Shown: positions 24,903 to 25,966 of the stretch, piece by piece
How positions within the stretch are numbered: position 1 is the first letter of the stretch
How the letters are laid out: each line of letters starts with the position of its first letter
Source: Candidatus Heimdallarchaeota archaeon
GTDB lineage: Archaea > Asgardarchaeota > Heimdallarchaeia > Hodarchaeales > Hodarchaeaceae
NCBI GenBank assembly: GCA_020353515.1
Contig: CP070695.1
Coordinates: 4,503,348 to 4,529,313 of the forward strand
Direction of reading: 5' to 3'
Length of the DNA stretch: 25,966 nt
Position numbers and translations under genes: made by a program
Notes under the pieces: model-generated
Database searches by the model: none
What the model was told of the DNA's origin: nothing
Seen by the model: the letters and a program-made list of their open reading frames with translations, nothing else

Positions 24903-25807
24903 AATTTCCAGATGAATGGTTTTTCGTCTGTTAGAATCTCTGTTCTCTTCAGACCTTTTATCAGATATAGGGGAAGAACAAAAAGCCCCTTGTGAAGGGT
25001 AGAATGATAAAATTTAATTTTTCTGATTCTGCGATTACGGACCCTCTTTGCGATTTCTTTCTCATCCATTTCAAGCGGATCCGCCTTCTTTGATGCCAGA
25101 ATAAAACCCCATGGCATGCCGAAAGAAAAAACAAAAGACCAGTATGGTCGAACTAAAGGGAAGACTTTTTCCAGGGTTGATGCTAAAGAAACATAAAATT
25201 GATGATAGTAGGGATCAGCGCTCCCTGCCTGAAGGACGAATATCCCATCCTCTGCTAAAATCTCGAAGATCTTTTCAAAAAACTCTTTTGTGAAAAGATA
25301 AATGGAAGGGCCTTTTTCAACCGGTTCAGTCAAATCTGATATGATCGCATCAAATTTCTCCTCCGTATCTTCAACATATTTGCGGGCATCCCCAAAGATC
25401 AGATGAGTTTTTGGATCAGAAAAAGCTCCATCTGACCATTCCGGCAAATATTTCTGACACAGATCTATCAATTGCCTGTCAATATCTACCATGGTCACTG
25501 TTTCAACTATATTATGTCTGAGCACCTCCCTTATCGTTGCCCCTTCGCCTCCTCCAAGAACTAACACTTTTCGAGGGCAGGAATGAGTGATAAGCCCAGG
25601 ATGAACCAAGGATTCATGATACACATACTCGTCTATTTGAGCTGATTGTATCTTCTCATCCAGAAAAAGAATCTTGCCAAAAAACTCGTTGTAAAAGCAT
25701 TGGACGTATTGGTATTCTGTCTTCCCCTCATAATAAAGCTTGTCAATCCTGAACCGCCTGGCAAAAGACTTAGTATAAGGCTCAAGGTAATAAATATCTT
25801 CTGTCAC
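24899..25807 (-). CDS. speE: Polyamine aminopropyltransferase, GGGEG subtype
   Basis: TEYQ, QSAQIDEYVYHESLVHP, LGGGEGAT.RE, MVDID, DLTEP and FG.PWGF motifs. GTG start; its stop overlaps the next gene's ATG. Confidence 0.9.
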   Translation of the reverse strand: MTEDIYYLEPYTKSFARRFRIDKLYYEGKTEYQYVQCFYNEFFGKILFLDEKIQSAQIDEYVYHESLVHPGLITHSCPRKVLVLGGGEGATIREVLRHNIVETVTMVDIDRQLIDLCQKYLPEWSDGAFSDPKTHLIFGDARKYVEDTEEKFDAIISDLTEPVEKGPSIYLFTKEFFEKIFEILAEDGIFVLQAGSADPYYHQFYVSLASTLEKVFPLVRPYWSFVFSFGMPWGFILASKKADPLEMDEKEIAKRVRNRRIRKIKFYHSTLHKGLFVLPLYLIKGLKRTEILTDEKPFIWKL

Positions 25808-25827
25808 TATGGCAGAGATTGTAACAA

Positions 25828-25966
25828 AGAAATCAGGGTCAGGTCTACACTTTTAACTTATTCTGCCTAAATATCTAATTCTTTATAAGAGAAGGATCGG
25901 TTTCGAATCTCCGCTGCTTGAACAATAGAGATGAAAAATAAGTTAAAAGAGAAATCAGGGTCAGGT
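25828..25966. repeat. REP-like repeat cluster: a 17-bp direct repeat plus a 13-bp inverted repeat, truncated at the window end
   Basis: AGAAATCAGGGTCAGGT at 25828-25844 and 25950-25966. CTTTTAACTTATT (25850-25862) pairs with AATAAGTTAAAAG (25937-25949). Confidence 0.7.

Noticed and set aside
25828-25966. CRISPR array
   Set aside because: Only two 17-bp copies 122 bp apart, an inverted partial copy in between, and no cas genes in the window.

Overview
About 22.8 kb of this window is an AT-rich surface-glycan biosynthesis locus, almost all on the + strand. In order it holds: the 3' end of a probable UDP-sulfoquinovose synthase, a Wzx flippase, an AlkP-superfamily enzyme, an uncharacterised six-hairpin-like protein, a two-domain oxidoreductase, a GT4, and an inverted O-antigen-ligase/Wzy-like gene with its own near-consensus promoter. 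These are followed by a 2,3-diacetamido-sugar module (2-epimerase, acetyltransferase, Gfo/Idh/MocA dehydrogenase, DegT aminotransferase), a second GT4, a WecA/MraY-like initiator, a VioA-like aminotransferase, an unusual CapD/PglF-N-terminus::RmlB fusion, a sulfotransferase, a decayed ISL3 fragment, a second ligase-like gene and a small membrane protein. The last ~3 kb looks like housekeeping DNA: an SDR-type L-threonine 3-dehydrogenase converging on two tandem aminopropyltransferases, then a REP-like repeat at the window edge. The best candidates for novelty are the membrane-anchored RmlB fusion and a glycan that may be both sulfonated and sulfated. All assignments come from motif recognition by eye; no searches were run.
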